DNA of 64,000 nt, taken from the NCBI GenBank assembly GCA_965223265.1, contig OZ244999.1:6784001-6848000 (forward strand), in the 5' to 3' direction. The notes below the pieces were generated by a model. That model did not search any database. It saw only the letters and a program-made list of their open reading frames with translations, and had not been told where the DNA came from. Position 1 is the first letter of the stretch; every line of letters begins with the position of its first letter. Positions 9,686-19,631 of this stretch are shown piece by piece. Source of the stretch: Planctomycetota bacterium (GTDB lineage: Bacteria > Planctomycetota > UBA8108 > SXIK01). A program made the position numbers and the translations under genes.

Positions 9686-9890
9686 CGTGACCGTGACCGT
9701 GACCGTGACCGTCGACCGTTCGTCACGACGACGCGTTCTCAGAAACTCACAGCCTCTCCGTGTGCCGTCCGGACTTGTCCGCATCGGCCGTTCCCGTTCC
9801 CGTTCCCGGTTGCGTGTGAGTGTGCGTGTGCGTCGCCGTTCCCGTTCCCCTTTGCGTGTGGGCTGTCCGCCTCTGTCTCCGTCTCCGATC
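9686..9890. repeat. Intergenic patch of hexamer microsatellites
   Basis: (CGTGAC)x4 at 9686-9709, (CCGTTC)x3 near 9788, GCGTGT-like and CCGTCT-like repeats further on. Confidence 0.75.
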
Positions 9891-10002
9891 CAAAAGCACT
9901 TGACGGCCGCTCTCCCCAACCTGTTAACTCACACTCTCATGTGTTCCTGCGCAGCAGGAACCTGGCGCAAGAGGGTTTCACCCGCGGCAGGAGGACTCGA
10001 CG

Positions 10003-11178
10003 ATGATCCGCTCCACGGCTCCGCACGAGCCGACGCTCGACACGCAAAAGTACTTCCTCGACCGCCTCGGTCGCCTGCCGACGCCGTGCCTGATCGTCTT
10101 TCGCCCCGTCGTGGAAGAGAACATTCGGCGCATGCACTCCTATTTGGAGGCCGTCGCGCCAGGAACCGGCTTTGATCACCTGCGCACGCACGTCAAAACG
10201 CACAAGTCGGCGTGGACGACGCGCCTTCTCCTCGACGCTGGCATCGAACGATACAAGTGCTCACTGCATGAGCTTGAGATGCTGATCGACGGCGGTGCGC
10301 GCGACATCTTCGTCGCCTATCCGCTCCTGCCGCGCGACGCGGACCGCGTTGCTGAGCGGGTCGCGCAGTATCCGGACCTGCGCATCTTGACGCAAGCGGG
10401 CTGCGAGACGCATGCCGAGTATCTGGCCCAGGCGGCGCAGCGTCGTGGGGTCGAGTTGGAAATCCTTCTCGACGTCGACATCGGCAACCAACGCACGGGG
10501 TCCCCGCCCGAGCGCGTCATCGAGCTCGCTGGGTTGCTCCAGCGCGACCAGCGTTTCGGGACGCTCAAGGTTGCAGGTGTGCACGGCTACGATGGCCACA
10601 ACCACGCCGTTGACCCGGGTGAACGCCGCAGCATCGCACACGGAACGATGGAAGCGCTCGTGCGCTGCGTTCAAGGTGTCGAGCGCGCCGTCGGTGAGCT
10701 CGACACCGTCGTCACGGGGGGAACGCCGCCGTTCGCCGAAGATCTCGACGAGCTACTACGCATGCAAAGCCTCACCGCGCACATCGAGGTCTCGCCCGGC
10801 ACGTGGATCTACTGGGATAGTAACTACGATCATATCCTGCCCGGAAAGTTCGACATCGCCGCGCTCCTTTTGGCGCAGGTGATCGACCTGCCGCAGGACG
10901 ATCTCATGACGCTCAACCTCGGCCACAAGCGATGGTCCATTGACCACGGCCCGATCGAGCTCTACAGTCTGCCCGGTGTAGAGTTCGTCTCGGCGACCGA
11001 GGAACACACGGTCCTCAGGCGAACCGCAGCGACACCTGAGGTGAACATCGGCGACCCGGTGCTCTTGGCGCCGTTTCACGTCTGCCCGACGGTCAACCTC
11101 TGGGAGCGATTCGTCGTCGTTGGGGCCGATGGGGCCATCGAGACGCAAACCGAACCGGTGACGGCGCGCAACCGCTAG
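10003..11178 (+). CDS. PLP-dependent fold-type III enzyme, D-threonine aldolase / D-serine dehydratase (DSD1) family
   Basis: LPTPCLIV, LRTHVKTHK (PLP lysine), DVDIGNQRTG, HGYDGH, GGTP, TEEHT, HVCPTVNL; GGAGGA SD. Confidence 0.9.
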   Translation: MIRSTAPHEPTLDTQKYFLDRLGRLPTPCLIVFRPVVEENIRRMHSYLEAVAPGTGFDHLRTHVKTHKSAWTTRLLLDAGIERYKCSLHELEMLIDGGARDIFVAYPLLPRDADRVAERVAQYPDLRILTQAGCETHAEYLAQAAQRRGVELEILLDVDIGNQRTGSPPERVIELAGLLQRDQRFGTLKVAGVHGYDGHNHAVDPGERRSIAHGTMEALVRCVQGVERAVGELDTVVTGGTPPFAEDLDELLRMQSLTAHIEVSPGTWIYWDSNYDHILPGKFDIAALLLAQVIDLPQDDLMTLNLGHKRWSIDHGPIELYSLPGVEFVSATEEHTVLRRTAATPEVNIGDPVLLAPFHVCPTVNLWERFVVVGADGAIETQTEPVTARNR

Positions 11179-11246
11179 CGACCCACCGCCTCTCGCTTGA
11201 CCGAGTCCTCCGCAACGTCGAGCCCGCGCGGCAAGAACGAAGCGAC

Positions 11247-13166
11247 TCAGTTGCGTGGTCGAGTTCGACGATCGAAGTAGAAGAACGCGGCTGGCACCAA
11301 CGCCAGGACGGCGAACGTCACAAGCGCGACAAGTTGCGGTGACCAAGAGACCGCAACCTCACCCGCGTCCCGATCGAGAAACCGAATCGCAGCGATCAAA
11401 ATACCGACCAGAGCCTCACCTGCGATGACCCCGGACGCCAGGAGGACACCGACGCCGCCGGACTTCTTACGCTGCGGTGCCGGCCGAACGGCGAGCGTGT
11501 GCGCGATGCCACCGATCAGAATCGGCACTGAAATGCTCAGCGGTAAATAGATGCCGACGGCAATCGGCATGACGTGGAATCGAAACAGCGACTGCGGTCG
11601 CAGTCGCTGCAGCACCAAATCTGCGCAGAAGAGAAACGCTGCGAGCGCGACGCCGATCTGAAACATTGCCGACTGCAGCTCGCCGTCACCAAAAAAGACG
11701 TCGACAAGACTAGCGAAGAGTTGAGCTTGCGGGGCTCTGAGTTCCTCGCCGCCGAAACCACCGCCTTGATCCCCTTCATGAAGCATGTAGAGAACTGGCC
11801 ACATGACAAACGCCGCCACCACGACGCCGATGACTTGCAGCAGCTGTTGATCCCGGGGCCGTGCCCCGACGAGATGCCCTGTCTTCAGGTCATTGCAAAC
11901 GTCGCCGGCGGTGCAAGCGACGCAGCACACCACGCCCGCCACGCCCAACGTCGCGACGATGGCAACCTCGCCGGCGAAACCAGAGAGCGACAGGAGAAGC
12001 GCAGTCCCAAGGAGGGCCATGAGCGTCATCCCAGAGACCGGACTGTTCGAATTGCCAACGAGACCGACAATGTAACTCGCGATCGCCGTCAGGAAGAAAG
12101 CGAGCACAAGCATCGACACGGCTGTCACCACGGTGATGGCGACGCTGTTGGTGAGATAGAAGTAGAGCAGTGCGATCGCCAGCGTCGTAACGACCGCGGT
12201 CGGAATGAGAATGCTGTTCTCCAGGTCGTCGCCGCGAGTCTCGCCGCAATCGCTTCGCTGCTCACCCGACGAACGACCGAAGAGCTCGGCGACCGCAGCG
12301 CGCAGACCATGCCGAACTCGGAAGATCGAGATCAGTCCGCCGACGACCATCGCACCGACGCCGATGTACCGCACCTTGGTACTCCACAGGTGGCGAGCGT
12401 GCGCAACGGCGGCTTCTGGGGTGGCGTCGCCGGAGAATCCGCCCAGCATCGGGATCGCGACACACCAACCAATCGCGCCCCCCAAGACGATCAGAAGAGC
12501 AATTCTCAACCCCACGATGTAACCGACCGCCATCAGTGCCGGCGACACGTCGGTACCGGCGTAGAACACGCGCCCAGAAACCGCCCGTGCCCATTCCACG
12601 GTCTCGTAGATAAGGTGAAGAGAGCTAGCGAAGAACTTGATGCATCCTCCAGCGAGAACACCGCCAAGCACGAAGAGCGCATCGCGCCCAGCTGTGGCTC
12701 CGGCACGCAGCACCTCCGCGCAAGCGACGCCCTCTGGAAAGAGAAGCTCGCGGCTGTCGACGACGAAAACGCGGCGCATCGGAATCATGAGGAGCACGCC
12801 CAGGAGGCCGCCGCCAAGTGCCACGGCGGTGACGATGAAGAAGCGATCCCAGCCGGCGAGCGAATCCCAAACTCCGACGATGACGAGAGCCGGCATGGTG
12901 AAGACGATTCCCGCTGCAAGTGACTCGCCGGCCGATGCCGCCGTCTGCACCAGATTGCTCTCAAGGACACCGCTGCGACCGCGCAAGGCTCGTAGCACTC
13001 CCATGGCGACCACGGCCGCCGGAATCGATGCCGACACCGTCATGCCCACCTTGAGACCGAGGTAGACGTTCGCCGCCCCCATGACAAGCGACAGGATGAT
13101 GCCTAGGAGAATCGCCAGCCAGGTCAGCTCCCGCTCGCGGCTCGGACCAGTCTGCTGTGTTTCCAC
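11247..13166 (-). CDS. OPT-family oligopeptide transporter
   Basis: YLGLKVGMTVSASIPAAV, ESNLVQTAASAGES, FPEGVACAEVL, GNSNSPVSG, NDLKTGHLVGARP, APQA motifs. Confidence 0.95.
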   Translation of the reverse strand: METQQTGPSRERELTWLAILLGIILSLVMGAANVYLGLKVGMTVSASIPAAVVAMGVLRALRGRSGVLESNLVQTAASAGESLAAGIVFTMPALVIVGVWDSLAGWDRFFIVTAVALGGGLLGVLLMIPMRRVFVVDSRELLFPEGVACAEVLRAGATAGRDALFVLGGVLAGGCIKFFASSLHLIYETVEWARAVSGRVFYAGTDVSPALMAVGYIVGLRIALLIVLGGAIGWCVAIPMLGGFSGDATPEAAVAHARHLWSTKVRYIGVGAMVVGGLISIFRVRHGLRAAVAELFGRSSGEQRSDCGETRGDDLENSILIPTAVVTTLAIALLYFYLTNSVAITVVTAVSMLVLAFFLTAIASYIVGLVGNSNSPVSGMTLMALLGTALLLSLSGFAGEVAIVATLGVAGVVCCVACTAGDVCNDLKTGHLVGARPRDQQLLQVIGVVVAAFVMWPVLYMLHEGDQGGGFGGEELRAPQAQLFASLVDVFFGDGELQSAMFQIGVALAAFLFCADLVLQRLRPQSLFRFHVMPIAVGIYLPLSISVPILIGGIAHTLAVRPAPQRKKSGGVGVLLASGVIAGEALVGILIAAIRFLDRDAGEVAVSWSPQLVALVTFAVLALVPAAFFYFDRRTRPRN

Positions 13167-13388
13167 GGAGTCTCCACGTTCTTGCGCCGGGACGCGCGAT
13201 TGTGCCGCGGTTCATCTTAGTGATGCTGCGCGGCAGCTCGGGACATGCCGCATCTCTTCCCCCTGTCGGCAACGCCGGAGGAAGAAGCCCCAAGGACACA
13301 ACATCGTCGTGATCGTTGCAACCCTTCTTGGTAGAATTCTCGATCAACGTCGCGGCGGCTGCGTCGCCGCAGCGCCCACACAAGAGCC

Positions 13389-14093
13389 GTGACGCAACCT
13401 GAAACGATGCAGCGCATCCCCGAACCTGAAGTGATGAACGCCGACGCCGAGGTGAAGGCCTACGCGGGAGCAGATTTCCGTGCTGTCAACCGCCGCTGCG
13501 CGCGCCGTGCCCTGCGCGCCGCCGGCACGCGGCGGGGACACGCGCTCGACCTCGGCACCGGGCCGGGAGACATCCCGATCGCGCTGTGCCGGCTCGCCCC
13601 GCTCTGGCGTGTGACGGCGGTCGACCTCGCCCCGCGCATGGTCGCGTGGGCGCGAAGAAACGTGCGCGACGCGGGACTCGCCAGCCGCATCCGCGTCGTC
13701 AAAGCCGACGCGAAACGCGCCGCGCGCCTCAATGGGCCATTTCAGCTGGTGTTCTCCAACAGCCTGCTCCACCATCTCGAGGATCCGGCGCCGTTTTGGC
13801 GCAGCGTCAAGCGACATCTCAGGCCGCGCACCGCTGTGATGATCCAAGACCTCTCGCGCCCAGAGTCTAAGAGCGCCGCGCGCAAATTGGTCAAGCTCCA
13901 TGCAGCCGGCGAGTCGCCGCTCCTTCGGCGACTCTTCTATGAATCGCTTCTCGCTGCGTTCACGCCGTCGGAAGTGCGCGTTCAACTGCGTGCGGCTGGA
14001 CTCGAGAACCTTGTAGTCCGCAAAATCAACGATCGCCATCTCGTGGTCAGGCGGTCTTCACCCCGTCCGAGAATCAAAAGACACTCTGCATGA
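13389..14093 (+). CDS. Class I SAM-dependent methyltransferase (alternative start ATG 13407)
   Basis: RIPEPEVM N-terminus, LDLGTGPG motif I, AVDLAPRM, SNSLLHHL, SLLAAFTPSEV. Confidence 0.9.
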   Translation: MTQPETMQRIPEPEVMNADAEVKAYAGADFRAVNRRCARRALRAAGTRRGHALDLGTGPGDIPIALCRLAPLWRVTAVDLAPRMVAWARRNVRDAGLASRIRVVKADAKRAARLNGPFQLVFSNSLLHHLEDPAPFWRSVKRHLRPRTAVMIQDLSRPESKSAARKLVKLHAAGESPLLRRLFYESLLAAFTPSEVRVQLRAAGLENLVVRKINDRHLVVRRSSPRPRIKRHSA

Positions 14094-14884
14094 TCGAACG
14101 CATCGAAGGTCCTGCCTGGAGCCCGCTCGAGTTTCCCACTGGGTTCACGGAGGACGACACGCACGCCCCCGTGTCTCTTCCCGACGCGCCGCCGCGCGCC
14201 TATTCGGTGACACTCGCTCTGCTTCTCGAGGGCACGGAGATCCCGGCAGAGACTCTGCAAGTGTGCATGTCGACGGCCGGGGTGTTCCTCTACGGAGCAA
14301 AGCACTTTCTCGAGCACGCCAACCGCTTCATCGAGCTTGTCGACACGGATCCCGCGGCGGCCGTTGACTCGCTCGATCAGCTCCTCGTCTGTGCAACCAC
14401 CCTCGTCGGCGAACGGACGGCAGCGTACGCCCTCCGCCAGGTCAGCGACATGGTGGCCGCACAACGCGGCGCCAACCCGTTCGGCCACACGTGTCGGATC
14501 CGGCGTACACGGCGCTACATCGCGTCGTTGGAAGAGCCGCTGAAGCGCTCGGGCGCGCCGGCGCGGATGGAGCCAACCGAGTACGCTCGACTTGTCGTTG
14601 CGTTCGACGAATTCTACGATGACGCCTACGTCCAGCTGTCGCGACTCGCCGACCTCGTCGGCAGCCACCTCGACGACGCGCGGCAACAGTTTCCCGAGTT
14701 TCTCCGCCGCGTTTACGACGACTTCGCGCTGGCAAGTTTCGGAGACAACCTCATCGCAGAGCACGCGCACGCGGAGCCGAGTGTCGAGGGCGCACCGGGC
14801 GAGATGGCGGAGTCCGTGGAAGGCATCGCCGCGCGGCATGGACTCTTAAACCTGCTGCCGGAACTCATCGCAGCCCTGAGATAG
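14090..14884 (+). CDS. Hypothetical protein, predicted helical
   Basis: 264-aa ORF with gene-like composition and ATGA overlap with the methyltransferase stop; no motif recognised. Confidence 0.7.
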   Translation: MIERIEGPAWSPLEFPTGFTEDDTHAPVSLPDAPPRAYSVTLALLLEGTEIPAETLQVCMSTAGVFLYGAKHFLEHANRFIELVDTDPAAAVDSLDQLLVCATTLVGERTAAYALRQVSDMVAAQRGANPFGHTCRIRRTRRYIASLEEPLKRSGAPARMEPTEYARLVVAFDEFYDDAYVQLSRLADLVGSHLDDARQQFPEFLRRVYDDFALASFGDNLIAEHAHAEPSVEGAPGEMAESVEGIAARHGLLNLLPELIAALR

Positions 14885-15052
14885 GCTCACAGTACGCGCG
14901 GCCGTTGCTTGGGGGCGGCGCCAGACCTGTATCATCGCCGCGCGCGAATCGGGGCAACGCTTCGTCTTCGACGCCGATGCCGACGTCGAAGACGAAGCGG
15001 TCCCTCTCAGGCGCGGAGCTCGTGCACGACGAACGACCGCGTCAGACGATGA

Positions 15053-18000
15053 TCAACTACAACCTTGAGATTCGCCGCAAAAGATGCAGCGGTAGCAAGC
15101 ACCACTACGGATGGTGAACTGGCCGCAGTTGTTGCAAGTCGGTGCGTCACCCATGAGCGAAGCGAGCTCTTCGCGGTAGTTCTCCATGAAGAAATCTTCC
15201 ATGCGGCCGGCGGCGAGCTTGTCGTCACCACCGCTCTTGAGCGCCTCGGCGAGCGACGCCTTCTGCCCGGTTGTGGGCGGAGCCTCCGTGCTCCCTGCCG
15301 CCGGCTCGGCGGGCGGCGGCGCGGGCGTCTCCGTGGCTGAGGATTCCGGCGTTGGCCGCTGCTGCATCTTCGCTGCCATCTCCTTTTCGCTCGGATCGGC
15401 CTCCGACAGCTGCGGCGGCTTCACATGTACGAAGTCAGTGCGATCGAGATACTCGAGTGCGAGGATGCGGAAGACGAGATCGACGACCGAAGTGGACATC
15501 TTGATGTTGGGGTGGTCCTTCACTTGTCCCTGCGGGGCAAAGCGCGTGAACGTGAAGGTGTCCACAAACTCTTCGAGCGGAACGCCGTACTGGAGTCCCT
15601 TCGACACCGCGATCGCGAAACAATTCATCAAGGCACGGAACGAAGCACCCTCTTTATGCATGTCGACGAAGATCTCACCGAGGGTGTGGTCCTCGTATTC
15701 ACCCGTGCGCAAATAGATCTTGTGACCGCTGATGCGAGCTTCCTGGGTGAAGCCGCGTCGCTTCGCCGGCAGGAGCCGCCGCATCTGTCGTAGCTCAGGC
15801 ACTGCCGAAACGCTGTCGCTAGTCTCCGCTGCACCTTCAGCGCTCTTGGCCTCGCCGGAGTCGCCTCGATCCGCGTCCGATTTCGTCGATAGCGGTTGGC
15901 TTTCCTTACAACCGTCACGATAGAGAGCCGTCGCCTTAAGACCCAAGTGCCAGCTCTGCATGTACGCTTCGCCGATCTCGTCGACCGTGGTCTCGTGCGG
16001 CATGTTGATGGTCTTCGAGATCGCACCGCTGATGAACGGCTGCGCCACAGACATCATGCGCAGGTGCCCAAGCGGCGCTATGAACCGCTGGCCATGCTTG
16101 CCGCAGCGATTGGCGCAGTCGAACACACTTAAGTGCTCCGGCGTCAGGCGAGGTGCCCCCTCAATCGTATGGCGGCCGCAGATATGCGCGTTGGCGGCCT
16201 CGATCTGCTCGTCGCTGAAACCGAGCTCATGGAGGAGCGAAAAACCAGGCTGTTGATACTGCTCAGGAGCGAAGCCGAGGCGTTTGAGGCACTCCTCACC
16301 GAGCACCCACGACGTGAACGCGCTTGGCAAATCGAAGACCTTCGACAGCGCCTCATCGACCTGATCGAGCTCGCCATCGGTGAGCCCGTTCTCGCGTAGC
16401 GAGGCACGATTGACATAAGGTGCGCCCGCCAAACAATTGGTGCCGATGAGGTACTCGACGATCGCCTGACAGTCGTCATCGCTATAGCCGAGGGCCTGGA
16501 GAGCCGGCTCCACCGAACGGTTCGGGATCTTGAAGAACCCGCCGCCAGCGAGCTTCTTGAACTTCACAAGCGCGAAATCGGGCTCGATGCCTGTCGTATC
16601 ACAGTCCATCAGGAGGCCGATCGTGCCAGTCGGTGCGATGACTGTGGTCTGCGCGTTGCGGAATCCGTGCTCCTCGCCGAGCGCGAGTGCGCGGTCCCAC
16701 GCACCGCGTGCTGCTTCCAGGAGATCACGCGGACAGAAGCGCGAATCGATGCCGAGTGGCTTCACCGAAAGCTCCTCGTACTCCGACGCGGGCACGTTGT
16801 AGGCGGCACGACGATGGTTTCGGATCACGCGCAGCATGTCGCTGCGGTTCAGCTCGTAGCGCGGGAACGGTCCGAGCTCCCGGGCCATTTCCGCCGAGGT
16901 GGCGTAGCTTTCGCCCGTCATCAACGCCGTCAGCGCGCCGGCAATCGCCCGACCCTCATCGCTGTCGTACGGAATGCCGCGGAGCATCAACATGGCGCCG
17001 AGGTTGGCATAGCCAAGACCAAGTGTCCGGTACTCATAGCTGAGCTCAGCGATGCGCTGGCTCGGGTACTGTGCCATGAGCACGCTGATCTCAAGGACCA
17101 TCGTCCACAGGCGCACCGCATGACGAAACGCGTCGAGGTCCACTTCCCGCTTGAGCGGATCGTAAAACTTCACCAAGTTGATCGAGGCAAGATTGCACGC
17201 TGTGTCGTCCAGGAACATGTACTCCGAACATGGATTCGAAGCGTTGATTCGGCCACTCTTGGGACACGTGTGCCACTCGTTGATGGTCGTATCGTACTGC
17301 AGGCCAGGATCGGCGCAGCGCCACGCCGCCTCGCAGATCTGTCGCCAGAGATCCGGTGCATCGACCGTCTTGGCGACGCCGCCGTCAATGCGATTCGTGA
17401 GCTGCCACGGTCGTCCGGCCTCAACAGCGTCGATGAACGCGCGACTGACGCGAACGCTGTTGTTAGAGTTCTGGCCGGAGACGGTCATGTAGGCCTCTCC
17501 GTTGAAGTCGCACGGATAACCGGCATCGATGAGAGCCTTGACCTTACGCTCCTCTTCCGCCTTCCAATTGATAAACCCCTCAACATCGGGATGGTCGATG
17601 TCAAGACAAACCATCTTGGCAGCGCGGCGGGTCGTCCCACCACTCTTGATCGCACCGGCGGCGCGGTCGCCAATCTTCAAAAACGACATCAGCCCTGACG
17701 AGAAGCCGCCGCCCGCAAGTGCCTCGCCTTCACCGCGAATGCACGAAAAGTTGGTGCCCGTGCCAGAGCCGTACTTGAACAGCCGAGCTTCACGAACCCA
17801 AAGGTCCATGATGCCTCCAGCGTTGACGAGGTCATCCGTCACCGACTGAATGAAACAGGCGTGAGGCTGCGGACGAGAGTACGCGTCCTTCGACTGCTTC
17901 ACCGTTTCCGAGACAGGGTCGACGTAGTAGTGCCCCTGTGCCGGCCCCGTCAAACCATAAGCAAGGTTCAGCCCGGTGTTGAACCACTGTGGTGAGTTCG

Positions 18001-18577
18001 GCGCTGCCATCTGGTGCAGTAACATGTACGCCAGCTCGTCACCAAACACCTCTGCGTCTGCGCTGCTGGCGAAGTACCCGTGCTGCTCACCCCAATGCCG
18101 CCAGCAACGGACCAGCCGGTCAACAACCTGTCGCGTGCTCTTCTCCGGCCCCGTCACCTGCGCGCCATGCTCGTCGAGAATCGGGCGCCCGTTGACGTCG
18201 AACTGCGGCACTCCGGCTTTTCGCATATACTTCGACGCCATGATGTCGCCGGCAACTGCGGACCAGTCGGCGGGCACCTCGACGTCATCCATCTCGAAGA
18301 CGACAGCACCGTCGGAGCCGCGAATGGAGGACGAACGCTTCTCCCAGCGCACGGTCGCGTAGGGATCAATCTGTTCGCCTTTTTCATCGACGGTAAAACG
18401 ACGCGAGAGCGTCAGACCGCGCATACTGGATCCTGTCGCAACGCTCGATCCAGATCCGGCTGCAGCCCCGTTCCCGGCGCCACTACTCCCACCGGAGCCA
18501 TTGCCCGAACCATTGCGATCCCCCAAGGTGTCTTGAAACTTCAGGCCCGTTCGCTCGTGCTTGCCGTCAAGCGCCAT
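15053..18577 (-). CDS. nrdJ: Vitamin B12-dependent (class II) ribonucleotide reductase
   Basis: PNSPQWFN, QPHACFI, SGGTTRRAAKM, NPCSEY radical Cys, IAPTGTIG, GAISKTINMP, C-terminal TSCPD-like region and CxxC...CxxC ribbon; AGGAGG SD. Confidence 0.97.
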   Translation of the reverse strand: MALDGKHERTGLKFQDTLGDRNGSGNGSGGSSGAGNGAAAGSGSSVATGSSMRGLTLSRRFTVDEKGEQIDPYATVRWEKRSSSIRGSDGAVVFEMDDVEVPADWSAVAGDIMASKYMRKAGVPQFDVNGRPILDEHGAQVTGPEKSTRQVVDRLVRCWRHWGEQHGYFASSADAEVFGDELAYMLLHQMAAPNSPQWFNTGLNLAYGLTGPAQGHYYVDPVSETVKQSKDAYSRPQPHACFIQSVTDDLVNAGGIMDLWVREARLFKYGSGTGTNFSCIRGEGEALAGGGFSSGLMSFLKIGDRAAGAIKSGGTTRRAAKMVCLDIDHPDVEGFINWKAEEERKVKALIDAGYPCDFNGEAYMTVSGQNSNNSVRVSRAFIDAVEAGRPWQLTNRIDGGVAKTVDAPDLWRQICEAAWRCADPGLQYDTTINEWHTCPKSGRINASNPCSEYMFLDDTACNLASINLVKFYDPLKREVDLDAFRHAVRLWTMVLEISVLMAQYPSQRIAELSYEYRTLGLGYANLGAMLMLRGIPYDSDEGRAIAGALTALMTGESYATSAEMARELGPFPRYELNRSDMLRVIRNHRRAAYNVPASEYEELSVKPLGIDSRFCPRDLLEAARGAWDRALALGEEHGFRNAQTTVIAPTGTIGLLMDCDTTGIEPDFALVKFKKLAGGGFFKIPNRSVEPALQALGYSDDDCQAIVEYLIGTNCLAGAPYVNRASLRENGLTDGELDQVDEALSKVFDLPSAFTSWVLGEECLKRLGFAPEQYQQPGFSLLHELGFSDEQIEAANAHICGRHTIEGAPRLTPEHLSVFDCANRCGKHGQRFIAPLGHLRMMSVAQPFISGAISKTINMPHETTVDEIGEAYMQSWHLGLKATALYRDGCKESQPLSTKSDADRGDSGEAKSAEGAAETSDSVSAVPELRQMRRLLPAKRRGFTQEARISGHKIYLRTGEYEDHTLGEIFVDMHKEGASFRALMNCFAIAVSKGLQYGVPLEEFVDTFTFTRFAPQGQVKDHPNIKMSTSVVDLVFRILALEYLDRTDFVHVKPPQLSEADPSEKEMAAKMQQRPTPESSATETPAPPPAEPAAGSTEAPPTTGQKASLAEALKSGGDDKLAAGRMEDFFMENYREELASLMGDAPTCNNCGQFTIRSGACYRCIFCGESQGCS

Positions 18578-18829
18578 GAACTCCCTCCTACTTCGTCTTC
18601 TGTCGTCTTCCTTCTTTTACAACCACAGCTGGCCGGCATCATGCTCCAGCACCGAGGGCCGAGAAACATCGGCCTTACTTGCGCGCCGCGAGCCCTGCGG
18701 CACGACGACACTCCCCTGCCCTCCCTATTGCCAGAGCCGGAGCTCAGTCAATAGCGCTCGTCCGACACATCCCGACGCCGGCAATGCCGGCGTCACCTAC
18801 AGGATGATCATCGCAGACGCGGCAACCCG

Positions 18830-18913
18830 TCAGTCCGGTGGTGCATCAACAACTCGCGCCAGGCTCTGCGCCGGGTCCGCCAAGTGGTTGCTGTTCCCGT
18901 CTTTTAGGTCCAT
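18830..18913 (-). CDS. Putative 27-aa upstream ORF in the nrdJ leader (MDLKDGNSNHLADPAQSLARVVDAPPD)
   Basis: ATG preceded by GAGGAAGAGG on the minus strand, TGA at 18832-18830; no homology evidence. Confidence 0.3.
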   Translation of the reverse strand: MDLKDGNSNHLADPAQSLARVVDAPPD

Positions 18914-19523
18914 CCTCTTCCTCACTTCCTCTCAGCCACCGGCGTGGACACCGCAAGACACCATCGAGTCGATCGAACGTCTCGCGGCATGCCGCTCGGC
19001 AGAATCTCTCCCGATTTTAGATCATTCGCAGACGCCGTCGGCGCCGCCAAAACCCGCGGCCGAAACCGCTTTTCATCACCGCGGCGGAGCGGTTAGCATG
19101 CCGCGACAGTCCCCCCTCGAAAGATCGACGCGGGGGACTCAACTCACCGCGGCGCACCGACCGTGAACGCTGAAAATCGGAACACCTCGTGCTGACACTC
19201 AGTCGTCTGCTTTTCTCTGGCGGAGTGACTCGAACCTTCGGCCCTCATCACACCCGTCTACGCTTGCGTGCGCGGGCGCGTACCAGCGGAAACAACCGCA
19301 GCCGGGACAACCCGGCAGAGATCTCAAGAGAAGAGACGATCTATAGAGAGGCCTACAGAAAGAGAGTCCCGATAACACTTCAACCCGGCGACCGTCAGAT
19401 CGCCGCAGCGGAAGCGCCAGAGTGTCAATTCACAGCGTCAACGGTCGAGGATCCACCGCAAAAATCGACCACCAAATCCCACCAAACCGGATCCACCGAT
19501 CCTCGAGACCAAAGAAGCAATCA

Positions 19524-19572
19524 CCACAACATGTTTTACAAGGCGCCCCCACCCTACTACAAGATCTTGCGG
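19524..19572. promoter_or_regulatory. Tandem NrdR boxes
   Basis: CCACAACATGTTTTAC (19524-19539) and CTACAAGATCTTGCGG (19557-19572) fit acaCwAtATaTwGtgt; 33 bp apart; upstream of nrdJ. Confidence 0.8.
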
Positions 19573-19578
19573 TGTCAA
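19551..19578 (-). promoter_or_regulatory. Sigma70 promoter facing nrdJ, overlapped by an NrdR box
   Basis: Minus strand TTGACA (19578-19573), 16-nt spacer, TAGGGT (19556-19551). Confidence 0.65.
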
Positions 19579-19631
19579 TGCCGAAATCAAAAAATTCGCT
19601 AACATCCTTGGCCGCTGCCCGTTCTGCTGCC

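Noticed and set aside
18840-18960. Cobalamin riboswitch upstream of nrdJ
   Set aside because: Only fragments (GGGAA, CCACT) were found; the CCCGCAACTGT and B12-box elements are not in the expected order.
18561-19602. Plus-strand ORFs 18561-19166 and 19189-19602
   Set aside because: Ser/Pro/Arg-rich with no motifs, antisense to the nrdJ leader; treated as shadow ORFs.
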